Below, piece after piece: positions 24,194-35,805 of a stretch of DNA of 64,000 nt. The translations under genes were made by a program, and so were the position numbers. The notes below the pieces were generated by a model. The model did no database searches and was not told where the DNA came from. It saw only the letters and a program-made list of their open reading frames with translations. This stretch comes from Selaginella moellendorffii. Its lineage: Eukaryota > Plantae > Lycopodiophyta. Location: contig NW_003314348.1 in NCBI RefSeq assembly GCF_000143415.4, forward strand, positions 186,001 through 250,000, written 5' to 3'. How positions within the stretch are numbered: the stretch's first letter is position 1; each line of letters begins with the position of its first letter.

Positions 24194-25081
24194 ATGGCCC
24201 TAGCGGCATCGTCGTCCTCCTCGTCCGGATTCCTGCGCCTCGCCGACGCCCGGAGGAAGAATTTGCCGCTCCGCCCGCAGCGCAATCTCCCCCAGCTCCG
24301 GACGATGAGCGCCAGGGCCTGCTCGTCCCCGAATTCGTCGTCGGGCACCTCCGCCGGTGGCGATCTGGTGACGAGCGGCAAGAAAGTGGTGCCGTATGCC
24401 AACTATGCCGTGCCCATCGACAATTCCAGCGCCTCCTCCTTCATCACCCGCCCCCTGGCCGAGATCCTGCGCGACATGAACAAGAGGGTGCCGGACAAGG
24501 TGATCAAGATCAAGGTGGACGAAGATGGCAACGAGCTCAAGTACATTCCTTGGTATGTTGAGCTCTTTGCTCTCCTGGTGTTCTTGTGCTTGGAATTTGT
24601 CTTTGTTTTCTCGGTTTCGAAGACTTTTCTTGTCGTAAAAAACATGTTTTTGGTTGTACTGCTCATCGATCTGATGGTTTTGTAGGTTCCATGCCAACAG
24701 GATGCTGAGCTTCTACGCTCCAGGTACGAATTCTCCTTCTCAAGCAAGAAAAGTAACGAGAAAAAGGATTGTTTTTCTCGCAGGCTGGAGCGGAGAAGTT
24801 CGCAACTTGACATTCTCGCCGGACAGCAAGACCGTCTCAGTCGTGTACCGAGTGACGATCCGAGGCTCCGATGGCGAGGTAAGCAAAAATTCCTCTTTTT
24901 TCTAGGCGAGAGCTCTGGAGATCTGTTCTTCCAGATCTCTCGCGAGGCCTCGGGCACCGCTTACATGCACGATGTGGAGTTTGGCGATCCCGTCCAGAAG
25001 GCCGAGGGCATGGCGTTCCGGAGAGCCTGCGCGAGATTCGGGCTGGGCCTCTACTTGTACCACGAAGACGATGCGCAGTGA
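24194..25081 (+). CDS. RAD52-2: Organellar RAD52-like ssDNA-annealing protein
   Basis: Transit peptide; ITRPLAEILRDMNKRVPD, YIPWFHANRMLSFYAPGW and AFRRACARFGLGLYLYHED. Confidence 0.9.
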
Positions 25082-25282
25082 GTGAGAGACAAGCAAAGCT
25101 CTTATAGCTAAGATTTTGCAGTGTTTGAGAGACCTCGCTACGAGAGAAACGACGACTAAGAAATACTCCTTGTAAAGTTGGAGGTGTCTGTTCCATTTTT
25201 TCTATCTTTCCTGCTGGTCACACTTTATTTGAAAAATCATGTAGCACGATTTCGTCGTGAAAACGGAGGCTGTTGCCAAAAG

Positions 25283-25355
25283 TTCCGTTGCCGGGAATTG
25301 AACCCGGGTCTCTCGGGTGAGAGCCGAGTATCCTGACCGACTAGACTACAACGGA
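25283..25355 (-). tRNA. tRNA-Glu(CTC)
   Basis: TCCGTTGTAGTCTAGTCGGTCAGGATACTCGGCTCTCACCCGAG...GGTTCAATTCCCGGCAACGGAA, followed by a TTTT run. Confidence 0.97.
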
Positions 25356-25561
25356 TTACATTATCTTACCATTGACAATCACTGTTTTAAATGATTTTCT
25401 AAGAAGACAATGAATGCCATCTTTATCACTCATGTGTTCCATAGTGTCCTGCACTGTGCAAATGCATAAAATTGCCCACCCCAACTACCCCCCTATGATA
25501 GAGAATCTACCAGAATATGCTTACAGCCTGATTTCCACCTTTATTAAAAGAATCAATTATT

Positions 25562-26915
25562 TCACAAAAGACACAGCTGGCGCACATTGATTGGGGAGGC
25601 ATCGTCCAGGCCCCCATCAAACAGCCGCTTGCCCAGCACAACATTTGCAGCATCTGTGGGGTGGTACGGATCCCAGAACACGTATTTCGTACGGTCGGGG
25701 CAGTACTTGACCAGCCCACCTGGCAGGCATGGGACTTGACCGTTGAATGGCCCGGCTCCACAGCATCCTCGGTTCCCATAGTCAAAGCCTATGCGTTGGA
25801 TGGATGGATCGATTAGAACACGCAAAGGATAGAGGAAAGCATCCAGTCAGAGGGATTACCAAACTTGGATGGGTGGTCGATGACGTCTCGAAAGATGTTG
25901 TACACGTTTCCATAGACGATGGTGGCTCCGGGGAGTTGGGAGTTGAGCTCCACCAGCATGGGCTTGAGCGCGTCGTTGAAATCCCTCACGATGGCTTCCA
26001 CGGGCTCGATGCATCCCCCGGTGGTGGAGTTGTAGAGGAAGAGCGACGATGGGATGCAACCCAGGGGACCAACGTTGGCCACCACGATCTTGCGAGCGCC
26101 AAGTCGATAGATCTCCTGGAAGAAACCGCGATAAAATCCAGAGCTCTTTCGAGCTCTGGGCGATTCAATCTTCCAGACTTACTTACCTGGAGCTGCTTGG
26201 AGAAGATCGAGAGGAGCGTGTCTCGAAACGTGGATGTAGGAAGATTGTGGCTCCGGGTGTAGGGGAGGAAGTAATTGTTGATGTAATCGTTGCTGCCCAT
26301 GATGATCGCGACGAGCGAGCGGGAGATGAGGCTGGATGCGGCGGACGGACCCAGCATGGAGCTGATCTCTCCGATGCTGTTGCCGAACCACTGGATTTGC
26401 TTCCAGAACGTGATCCTTTCAGCCTGATCGAATCGACCGAAAGAAAACGATGTCACAAACAATGGCATTCCAATATCTCGACGATTACTCACATAGTTTC
26501 CCCCGGTTTCATCCTCAATCCCCGCTGCTCCCGACGCATAGCTCACGCCCTGGAGGATCTTGCTCCCTTTCGCGGATGGATCCAGATATGGTGGCACCAG
26601 AGGCAATCCAATGAGCTCCCCTGTGACAATTACATCCAAGATCAAGGACAAGAAATCCACAGAGTCTCTGTTACCGACGACGTCCACCACTGTCCTCCCG
26701 TTGGAGAATCTCCCAGTCGCTCCCAGCGGGAAATCAATCCCATTCGGCGCCGTGTCGCCCCTGGCCACCGCGGCCAGGTGATTGTTGTTGCCCACGTCCA
26801 CCAGCGAATCCCCAAAGATGAATGCCGCAGGGACGAGGGGCTGCGATTGCTGCGCGGCGCAGCAGCAGAGCATGATCGTCGCGACGACGAACAGCAGCGC
26901 TAATACCAGCGCCAT
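25562..26915 (-). CDS. GDSL esterase/lipase
   Basis: Signal peptide; FGDSLVDVGN, TGRFSNG, GSNDY and FWDPYHPT. Confidence 0.95.
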
Positions 26916-27185
26916 GTTGAATCGCCTCGCGACTGCTGATCGCTCTCAAGAAGCCCATGGAAGGAGAAGAAGAAGAGATCTTTAATCCATCTCTTTCCAA
27001 GCGCAGGCGATCACGCGCTCGTCATAAAACTATGGTACTCACAAGAAAGCCGACAGAGCATTGAAACTACCAGTCGGAATTATTCCTGGAATAATTCTGG
27101 GTCGAATTTACGCTAGCCCTAAAACCTAAAGTGCAGGTCAAAGCCAAATAAAGTCAACATGGAGTCGTTTTGTTCTATTATGTTT

Positions 27186-28822
27186 TTAGTTTACTTGCTG
27201 GCCGTACACCTGGTAACCAGTAGTATAGACAAGCGCCGGATCTTGCGGATAGAGGTAAGCGTACGGAGCCTGGCTATGGTTGTAGGGGTAGAACGCGTTC
27301 CATTGAGAATCAAACGGCGGCTGGTACCACGGCAGTGCAGACGACGAGAGCCTCTGGAAGAAAAAACTTGTCTTGATGAACAAGAGAGCAAGGGAGCGAA
27401 TTTGCTACACAAATTACCTGCTTGTTCGCGGGGTGACGCCCCCAAGACAATCGGACAGTTTGCTGGCCTATGACGGAGCCATGGACTTGCTTCAATGCTT
27501 CTTCAGCACTGGCCCTGAGAGAGATCGAGTAGAGCATTAGAACAGAAACTTCGCTCGGGCATGAGTACCTCGTCATGAACTGTACAAAGCCGCAGCCTCT
27601 ACCCGGGGGGATCTTGGTGTACTTGATCTCACCATACGGGGAGAAGACGTCTTTCAAGTCGTCCAACGAGACATTCTGGTCTAAGCCGCCTACAAAAATC
27701 TGCAAAGCGCACAAAGAGTGCTGAAACGTGAAAGGAAGGAAACACAAAGACTCACGGTCGTGTTTGTAAAGTCGTCCTCACCTGCCGGAGCGGGCATTGC
27801 GTAGGCAGGGACCAGCTGATACGAAACTGCGACAAGTCTCAACACACGCGATTACTTCACGAATCAATGCGATGCAAAGCCAGCAGCCAGAATGCACAGA
27901 GAGAGCAAACCTATGATGAGTAAAAGGTTCCTTGCTCAAAGTTTCATCAGAGGTTGCTCGAGTAGATTACTTCCCAGAGTCTGCTCAGAGTTCTCTCTTT
28001 TGGTGGTTCCTTTGAGTCATAGGGTCCGCCTTTAAAACCAATCAGCCTTATAAGCTTTTCCTTTCCTGCCCATGAAATCACAAGTTTCCAGAAACATGCA
28101 GCTAGAGAACAAAGAAACATCCACGAACAAAGGATAAAGGACGAAAGAAAAGGGAAGAACACATACCTCTTTGTACAGGGTGCTGTTGAGTTTGCTTTTT
28201 CGGCGTAGCAGTACGTATTCTCATCGGCCGGGAAGAGCAGTAGACTCCATGCATCTCCGTCATTGCCGAGCTCTTCTCGGCCTCGTCTCCAAACCTCACA
28301 AATCCATAGCCTCGGCACCTCCCGGAGTTGACATCCATGACAACTTTGGCGCTCTTCACCGAAGGATACCGGCTCTTGAAAGTCTCGAGCAGCATCGCGT
28401 CGGTCACGTCCGCCGCAAGGTCCCCCACAAAGATGGAGTCATCGGCTCCAGAGTCGCGCTTGTCACCTCCGACGCAAGCCCAATTCAGCCGAAACGCTTG
28501 CTCGGTGCGCGGCATCACGGCCCCGGTGAAACTCTGGAGCGCTTTCTCGGCGGCAGCGTGTGATTCAAACTCCACGAATCCATAGCCTTCGTGGTGGCCG
28601 GTTATCTTGTTTCTAATCACCTTGGTGGACACCTGAGAGGCAAAAAAGGGAAGATCTTCCACCGCTTTGCTCCAGAAAAAATCGGAAAGAACTTACGATC
28701 GTGGATTGCGGGAAGCAGCTCTTGAGATAGCTCTCGTCCATCCAGTACTGCAAATCGCCGATCCAAAGGCTGCGAACATCGTCCCGAGCTTGCGCTTGCG
28801 TCGCGCCCGGCTGCTGCTCCAT
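27186..28822 (-). CDS. RBP45/RBP47-family three-RRM RNA-binding protein
   Basis: SLWIGDLQYWMDE, FRLNWA, IFVGDLAADVTD, CSSRPMRI, IFVGGLD and VRLSWGR. Confidence 0.93.
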
Positions 28823-29073
28823 GCCGCAAATAAACTTCCAACCCTAATCGTGGACGGTCAAGATATGATGCCCGGACACGTGGCGGGCGGAAAAGGCCGT
28901 TGGATGAAGCACCATAGACGTGGCACAGATCCGGGCGTCGATTGATTCCTCTGCCCTAATTCCTTGAGTGCCCCAGCCGCCTTGTTGCTGTGCGCGCTCC
29001 AAGCTCGATCGAGGTATGTATGATCTTTGGCCCCCTTGCGCGCCGGAATCTCACAGAGAATCGCTGCTTAGAA

Positions 29074-30718
29074 ATGTCGGATGATGAGAGTAAGGAGGAG
29101 AAGGAGCTCGATTTATCGTCGGCGGATGTAGTGACCAAGTATAAGCTCGCCGCAGAGATTGTCAACAGTAAGAGCGTTAATTCTTTCCCGTTGTTCTTCC
29201 GGTGCTAAAATTTTTGTTCCAGAGGCTTTGCAAGCTGTATTGGCGGAGTGTAAGGCAGGGACCAAAGTCGTAGAGCTTTGTGATAGAGGTGACTCTTACA
29301 TAAAAACGTAAGTGTTTTTTCTTCATTGAGACGGGGAAGGAGAACTTAGAACTTTGGTGTTTTGTTTCACAGCCAAACGGCCAGCGTCTACAAGAATGCA
29401 AAGAAGAAGATCGACAAGGGCGTCGCCTTCCCGACTTGCGTCTCGCTAAACAACACAGTATGCCATTTCTCTCCCTTGGCTGGCGATGAGACGGCTCTGT
29501 CCGAGGGTGACATTGTAAAGATGTAAGCTATGGTTATGTGCTGGTTTAAGTTGTGGTTCTCATCAAAGCTTTTTCGCAGTGACCTCGGCTGCCATATCGA
29601 CGGCTTTGTGGCTGTAGTCGCTCACACGCACGTCCTCCAGGAGGGTCCAGTGACTGGAAGAGCAGCGGATGTTTTAGCAGCTGCCAACACTGCGGCAGAA
29701 GTTGCTCTCAGGCTCGTGAGGCCTGGAAAGAAGGTGTCTTTACCAGTCTGAGTATAGGTGGTCGTTACTCACGGTTTCTTTCTGTTTGTGTTTCTGAATA
29801 GACCAGGGACGTCTCGGAAGCCATCCAAAAGGTAGCGGCGGCTTATGACTGCAAAGTTGCCGAGGGCGTCTTGAGCCACCAAATGAAGCAGTTCGTCATC
29901 GATGGCAACAAAGTCATACTGAGTGTTTCGAATCCGGAAACCCGCGTGGACGAGTCAGAGTTCGAGGAGAACGAGGTCTACGCCATTGACATCGTCACAA
30001 GCACCGGTGAAGGAAAGGTTCGTAGCTTTGACTTATCGTTGAAATCTAACGAAGTAAGAAACGCAAACGCTATCACAGCCGAAGCTTCTCGACGAGAGAC
30101 AGACAACAGTCTACAAAAGGGCCGTGGACAAGAGCTATCATTTGAAGATGAAGGCCTCGAGGTTTATATTCAGTGAAATAAGCCAGAAGTTTCCGCTCAT
30201 GCCCTTTACCGCCAGGCAAGTTGTTTTCTTCTGTAATTCTATCCTTCCGGTGAGCTCAAATTTGCATTTTCCAGGGAGCTGGAAGAGAAGCGTGCAAGGC
30301 TGGGGCTGGTCGAGTGTGTCAACCATGAGTTACTGCAACCGTACCCTGTTTTACACGAGAAAACAGGTCTCCCTCTTTACTTTTCAGTCTTTGGATCGAA
30401 CTTAAGTTTCTCTTTTCGCAGGGGATTTGGTAGCTCACATCAAGTTTACGGTGTTGTTGATGCCAAATGGCTCGGATCGAATCACCGGACACAGCGTTCA
30501 AGACGTACAACCATCCTCGACCGTGGACGATCCGGAGATTAAGTCGTGGTTAGCCATGGGTATAAAGTCAAAGAAGAAAGGAGGTGGAAAGAAAAAGAAA
30601 GGTTTGTAGTGATTGGATTTTCTCTTGGGAAGATTTTAAGATCGCAACCGTGTGCCGTGCAGGGAAGAAGGGTGAAGAAGCTGCCGAGGCTAATGAAGAG
30701 GAGGAGGCCACTGTTTAG
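29074..30718 (+). CDS. EBP1: ERBB3-binding protein 1 (PA2G4 homologue)
   Basis: [56 protein letters not shown] and a Lys-rich tail. Confidence 0.95.
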
Positions 30719-31027
30719 CAAAGCAAAAATTTTGACTGCCAGGTGTTTGTAGGCAATACTTCGACTTGCAAAGAAACAAGAAAAGATTCCATCTTGGAGA
30801 GCGCCACGTACAAAGTTTGGAGGAATTGATTTGTCTTGGCAGCAAAGTCAGACTTTTGTTGGCCTACTCCTGAGAAAAATGATGGTTTCTTCTGGACTTC
30901 GACAATCGATTGAGTTCGTAAACATCCAATAGCTTTTGTTTACTGCCGACAACATAAGAACCTCTTGTTATTTTCTTCTTTCTACCAAAACGTCGCTCAG
31001 TTTAGTGGTTTTTTTCTTCATCGTTCC

Positions 31028-32196
31028 TCAAGGCTTGATCACGAACAAAGGCTGCACAAACAAAAACAAAATCAGGGAATCCAGAACTTTTGAGATCTGG
31101 AGACGAGACTTACATCATCGGCAGCGACGGGCTTTCCATCCTCGGCGACGATCTCGACAAGCGTCCCGTCTTGATCGGACTGTTAACAGTAGGTGGAATA
31201 AGAAATGAGAAGCTGGCAAAAAAGATCCCCACCTCAATGCTGTTCATCAGCTTCATTGCCTCAATGATGCAAAGAACTTGGCCTTTACGGACTTTGTCCC
31301 CCAGCTAAAGGAAGTAACCCGATGAAAAGCTATGCAGCAAAGTAAGAAAAAGTCTCACCTTTACAAATGGAGGCTCTCCTGGTCCTGGCGATCGATAGAA
31401 ATTCCCAGCCATGGGTGAGACCATGGGTGGATATTGTGGAGCGCTTGGAGCAGCTTGCGGAGCCTCAGCAGCTTGCGTTACCGCGGGAGATGGAGATGGA
31501 GCTGCTGGCATGGGAGCTGGAGTCGGCATCGCAAAAGCCGACGGTGGAAACATTGGATATGGAAGCCCAGCGGCGGCGGGGACGGGAGGAGCTGCCGCTG
31601 GTGGTGGTGCCAAAGCCTCGGCCTTCCTGATGACGATCTCATAGTCCTTGTGCTTGAGTTCCAGCTCCACTATGTCTTTGGAATCCACTAGCCTGGACGA
31701 AAAGTTCGTGGCATAAGAACAAAAGATTGCTTTGTTGTTTTGGGAGTACTTACTTGACCAAGCTCGACACGTCGGCTAGAAAGGATTTCACGTCCGCGGC
31801 CGCGAGAGGCGGCTCCTCCTCTATAGCCGGCTCCTCCACTGGACTCGTCGCTCCCACTGCCTCGGTGAGCTTCTCTTCCGCCTTGACGCCATCGACAGTC
31901 ACCTGCGACGAGACTTAGCCACTGATCTAAAGCGCGAGAACAAAGAACAGGGGAAGTTCTAAGCCCGCATTGCGCAATGCAGCCAGTGCAATCCAATCAA
32001 ACCTAGCACGTACCGCCTCCGCCACTGCCACGCTCCTCCACACCCCGGCTTTTCGTTGTAGATCCGCCGCCGATCTGCCGCCAAGCCGGACGCTCCGCCC
32101 GTAGAAGCACGACGATGCCGGCGCCGCGGCCGCCCGCGGCACTCCACAGCATGCATCCTCGCACCGCGGGGGGATCAAAATCCGGCATGCCGCCAT
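31028..32196 (-). CDS. BCCP: Biotin carboxyl carrier protein of plastid ACCase
   Basis: Transit peptide, DIVELELK, SPMAGNFYRSP and biotinylation motif EAMKLMN. Confidence 0.93.
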
Positions 32197-32574
32197 AGCT
32201 GTCGCTCGAAATCGCCCGCTGGAATCGCTCGCGCTCTAGAAATACTTCCTCTCTCTCGCGCTCGCTCGCCCTAGGGATTAAATTGTGGAGCTTGGCTTGA
32301 AATAGGACAGGAGGCAACTGGACATACCAATGCCTGTGTGTCGGATCGGCCCAAGCGCTGGGCCTTAAGGACAATACGTGGATTTACACTGGTAATTTCG
32401 CAAGGACTCCATGCGAAAGATACGAGCCCCTCTTTCTTGCATGGCTGGGCTCCACTAAATACCGGGGGTTCGATTCCAAGGAAAGAGAATATGCTTTGGC
32501 ATCACCTACATTTGAATGTTTTAGTTTTTGGCGCCGATTCAAGATTAGGGCTCTTGCGAGGATAGGGTTTGCTG

Positions 32575-33662
32575 ATGAATTTGGCGAGGGCGATCGGCAA
32601 TCGTGCGCGGAGGAACGCGATCGGCGCCAGCGCGCTGGGCCGGATCCGGCATTTCGATGCGCCACGGACCTCGCGGCCGTGTTTCCAGGTTGGGGGAGGG
32701 ATCGATGCTGCCCATGGGGCTCCGCGGTTCTTCTCTGCGGGGCGGCTGCTCCAGGGGGGCAATGGCGCCGGGAAATCGGACGTTTCTAAGCAGAAAAAGG
32801 GGGGATTTGTGGGATGGTACTTGAATAATCTGGACAAGCGGCCAGTCGTCACGAAATCTCTCACTGCCTGTACGATTTACACCACAGCGGACCTCGTTGC
32901 GCAGGTAAGCTCTTTCTTTCTCTGCGATTTCCAGGTGTGCTTTTCGCGTGCTTGAGCTCATATATTTTTTGGCAGGGTGGTCTACACACTTAACGAAAAC
33001 GTTATGAAAAGTAAGATAATCCAGTGTTCTGTGTGTGTGTGCATAGTTTCTTCTCCTGGTTTTTTTCTTTGTGTGACAAACTTCAAGGTGGTCTTTCCAG
33101 AAACTCACGGCTATGAAGCTGGGTAACGATTCTCCATGGGATCACGTACGTACACTGCGCATGTCCGCTGTTGGATTGCTTATGTCGGGGCCAACGTTGC
33201 ACCTATGGTTCAATTTCTTGAACAAGATACTGCCGGGGAGAGATATGATCAGCACGCTGAAGAAAATGTTGCTGGGACAAACAACCTACGGGCCTGCGTT
33301 TACAGCCACGTTTTTCTCTATAAATGCCCTCGCGCAAGGTCTGAAGTCATGGCTACGTAGTGTTACTGTTTCTGATGCTGGTGTATGTGTGTGTTTTGCA
33401 GGCGAGAATGGTGCCCAAATCTGGCACAGGTTGAAAAGGGACCTTATTCCCACTTTAGCGAGTGGGCTTATGTATTGGCCATTTTGTGATCTGATCACGT
33501 TTCGCTATGTTCCTGTGCATTTGCAAGTACGCTGCGCTTTCTCCTTGGCTTTAGTTCTCTCCAGTTGCTGACTTGTGTTTTTTTGTAATGCAGCCTTTGG
33601 TTAGCAACTCTTTCTCGTTAATATGGACCGTCTACCTTACATACATGGCAAGCTTGAAGTGA
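32575..33662 (+). CDS. Mpv17/PMP22 family membrane protein
   Basis: GWYLNNLDKRPVVTKSLT, ADLVAQ, GPTLHLWF and YWPFCDLITFRYVPVHLQ. Confidence 0.9.
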
Positions 33663-34098
33663 GGTAAAAACTTGCCTTTCAATTTTGTATACATAGGCAA
33701 GCGATGCCCCCAGTCACACGCACACGAACTCGTTATTTTGAGGTCCGGTTAAGTTTGGTTAGATTGTGGACAAAGACCAGCTCTGAACTTTGCTGTTCTT
33801 GCCACGTTAAGTTATCGGTTTCACTTTATAAAGCTCCGCTAGTTGATCTCGATCCAGTGTCACCGCCAGGAAGACAGATTTATCAACCTTGCAAAGAAAA
33901 TTTCTTTGACAACATCCATTTACAAAGATTTTTTTTGGCCACACGATTATTTTCCTCACGAGACGCTCTTCATGCAAAGGTGCGGCGGAAGATTTCGATG
34001 ACTGACATTCTTTATATATATATGTTGTTACAAATGACAAGGAAACCACTTCCGACCGTGGCCCTTCGGTCGCTGCTCATTTATAATCCGGGTTGACC

Positions 34099-35805
34099 TT
34101 ATGAAGCTCCCAGCCCAAGGAAATCTATGAAAGGTCTGCTCGTCGATCCTCCGGATCCAGCATCGCAGCTGATAGCAGGACCTGGGCTTGACGACGGTGT
34201 CAAAAGCAAAGAACTGGCATCCTGAGCAGCAGCGGTGGTCGACTCCAATCCAAGAGCTGGCTTCACTGGAAACGGATGAATGCACTCGGACACATCGGAG
34301 ACGGAGGAGGAGCTGCGTTTGCTATCCTCCAGAGACTGTTCGTGGTGGCCTATCAACCAGGAACTGGCAGCATCGAGATGGTGGTGGTGGCTCCTTTTAT
34401 TCACGGCGGTGGCGGCGGTGGTGGTGGTGGTGGCGGAGGTGGCGGCGACTTTGCTTAGAGACGGACTTTGGTGGCTGCTGAGAGCGCTGCCCAGAGACGT
34501 GACTCCGTTTGCGCTGATATCGTCGAGATGGAAGAGGCCATGGTGGTGCATTGGAGCAGGGCCAGTGTAGATCTTTCCGGCGAGAGCGTCTTGGCTGCAA
34601 GTGGGATGGCCCCAGGGACAGGCTTGCGAGAGGAGAAGAGTCGGCTGAGAAGGAGGTGGCCCGGAAGAAGCTGCACAAAGAAAGACGGGGCCAGCAATGT
34701 GAGAACGATGCGTGATGGCCTCGGTCGAGCTCTCACCTCTTGTGGCCGCATTGCTCCCGAGTTTGCGAGCGCTCGCGTCGAAATGATCCTGCGGCACGGC
34801 ATTGAGGTCCAGGCGGTCCGCCGCTCGATGGAAGAGGGTGCTGTTGATCGACTTGGTGGCACCGCCGGCGTTGCAAGCCGATTTCAAGCGATCGTCGTTG
34901 ACAAGAGAGTACTTTTGGATCCACGCCGTGAGGGACTGGGCTACCGTCTGGCCGATGCTGGGACGCTTGGTTCTCCAGGAAGCCTGGCTCTTCTTACGTC
35001 CTTGCATCCGGGACCTCTCGCGGAGCTTCCTGGCCATGACAACGTGCCAGTGGTTCTTGACAGCGTTATCAGTTCTCCCGGGGAAGATCCTGGCGATCAT
35101 CGCCCACTTGTTCCCGTGAAGCTGGTGCGCGGCGAGCAGTCGCTCCTCCTCTTCCTCGGAGAATGGCTTGCGGTTGATCCGGGGATCCAGCTGGTTGAAC
35201 CATCGCAGCCGGCAGCTCTTTCCTGCGACATCATCGACAGTGGTGGTGAGAAAAAACAGATTTTCAAACAGGAGGACGAGGATGAGAGAGCTGTGACATT
35301 CACCTGATCGACCCTCGAGCTTCTCGGCAATCACGTTCCAGTTCTGAGGCCCGTGGATCCGGACGAGCTCCTTGAGCTTCTCGTCCTCGGCGGGCCGCCA
35401 GTGGCCGCGGTGGCACAGCTTGGACTGCGAGCAATCGGCGTCCCTGTCCACGGAATTCTCCGACTCGTCGTTCATGGTATCCTGCGTCTGGTTGTTGAAG
35501 CTGCCTTGATCCATGTACTCATCGCCACCACCACCGCCACCGCCACCGCCGCCGCCACTACTTCCAACAACTTGGGGACTCCTTTGCTGCTGCTGCTGGT
35601 GTTGGAGCCCCCAGGTCCAAGGAACTGGCGGCATTTGCATCTGGATGGACGGAGCTACAACACTAGACTGCTGCTGCTGCTGCTGCTGCTGTTGGTGCTG
35701 GCTGCTCCATCCGATCCGAGAGTTACTTCCGGCCATCGCCTGTGCTGCTGCTGCTACTGCTGCTGCTGGCGTTCCTCCCAGTTCTCCAGCGGCAGCACCA
35801 TTCAT
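34099..35805 (-). CDS. R2R3-MYB, subgroup 21-like (MYB52/105/117 type)
   Basis: [43 protein letters not shown] and C-terminal PFIDFLG; intron at 35223-35303. Start may be slightly upstream. Confidence 0.92.
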   Translation of the reverse strand: MNGAAAGELGGTPAAAVAAAAQAMAGSNSRIGWSSQHQQQQQQQQQSSVVAPSIQMQMPPVPWTWGLQHQQQQQRSPQVVGSSGGGGGGGGGGGDEYMDQGSFNNQTQDTMNDESENSVDRDADCSQSKLCHRGHWRPAEDEKLKELVRIHGPQNWNVIAEKLEGRSGECHSSLILVLLFENLFFLTTTVDDVAGKSCRLRWFNQLDPRINRKPFSEEEEERLLAAHQLHGNKWAMIARIFPGRTDNAVKNHWHVVMARKLRERSRMQGRKKSQASWRTKRPSIGQTVAQSLTAWIQKYSLVNDDRLKSACNAGGATKSINSTLFHRAADRLDLNAVPQDHFDASARKLGSNAATRGESSTEAITHRSHIAGPVFLCAASSGPPPSQPTLLLSQACPWGHPTCSQDALAGKIYTGPAPMHHHGLFHLDDISANGVTSLGSALSSHQSPSLSKVAATSATTTTTAATAVNKRSHHHHLDAASSWLIGHHEQSLEDSKRSSSSVSDVSECIHPFPVKPALGLESTTAAAQDASSLLLTPSSSPGPAISCDAGSGGSTSRPFIDFLGLGAS

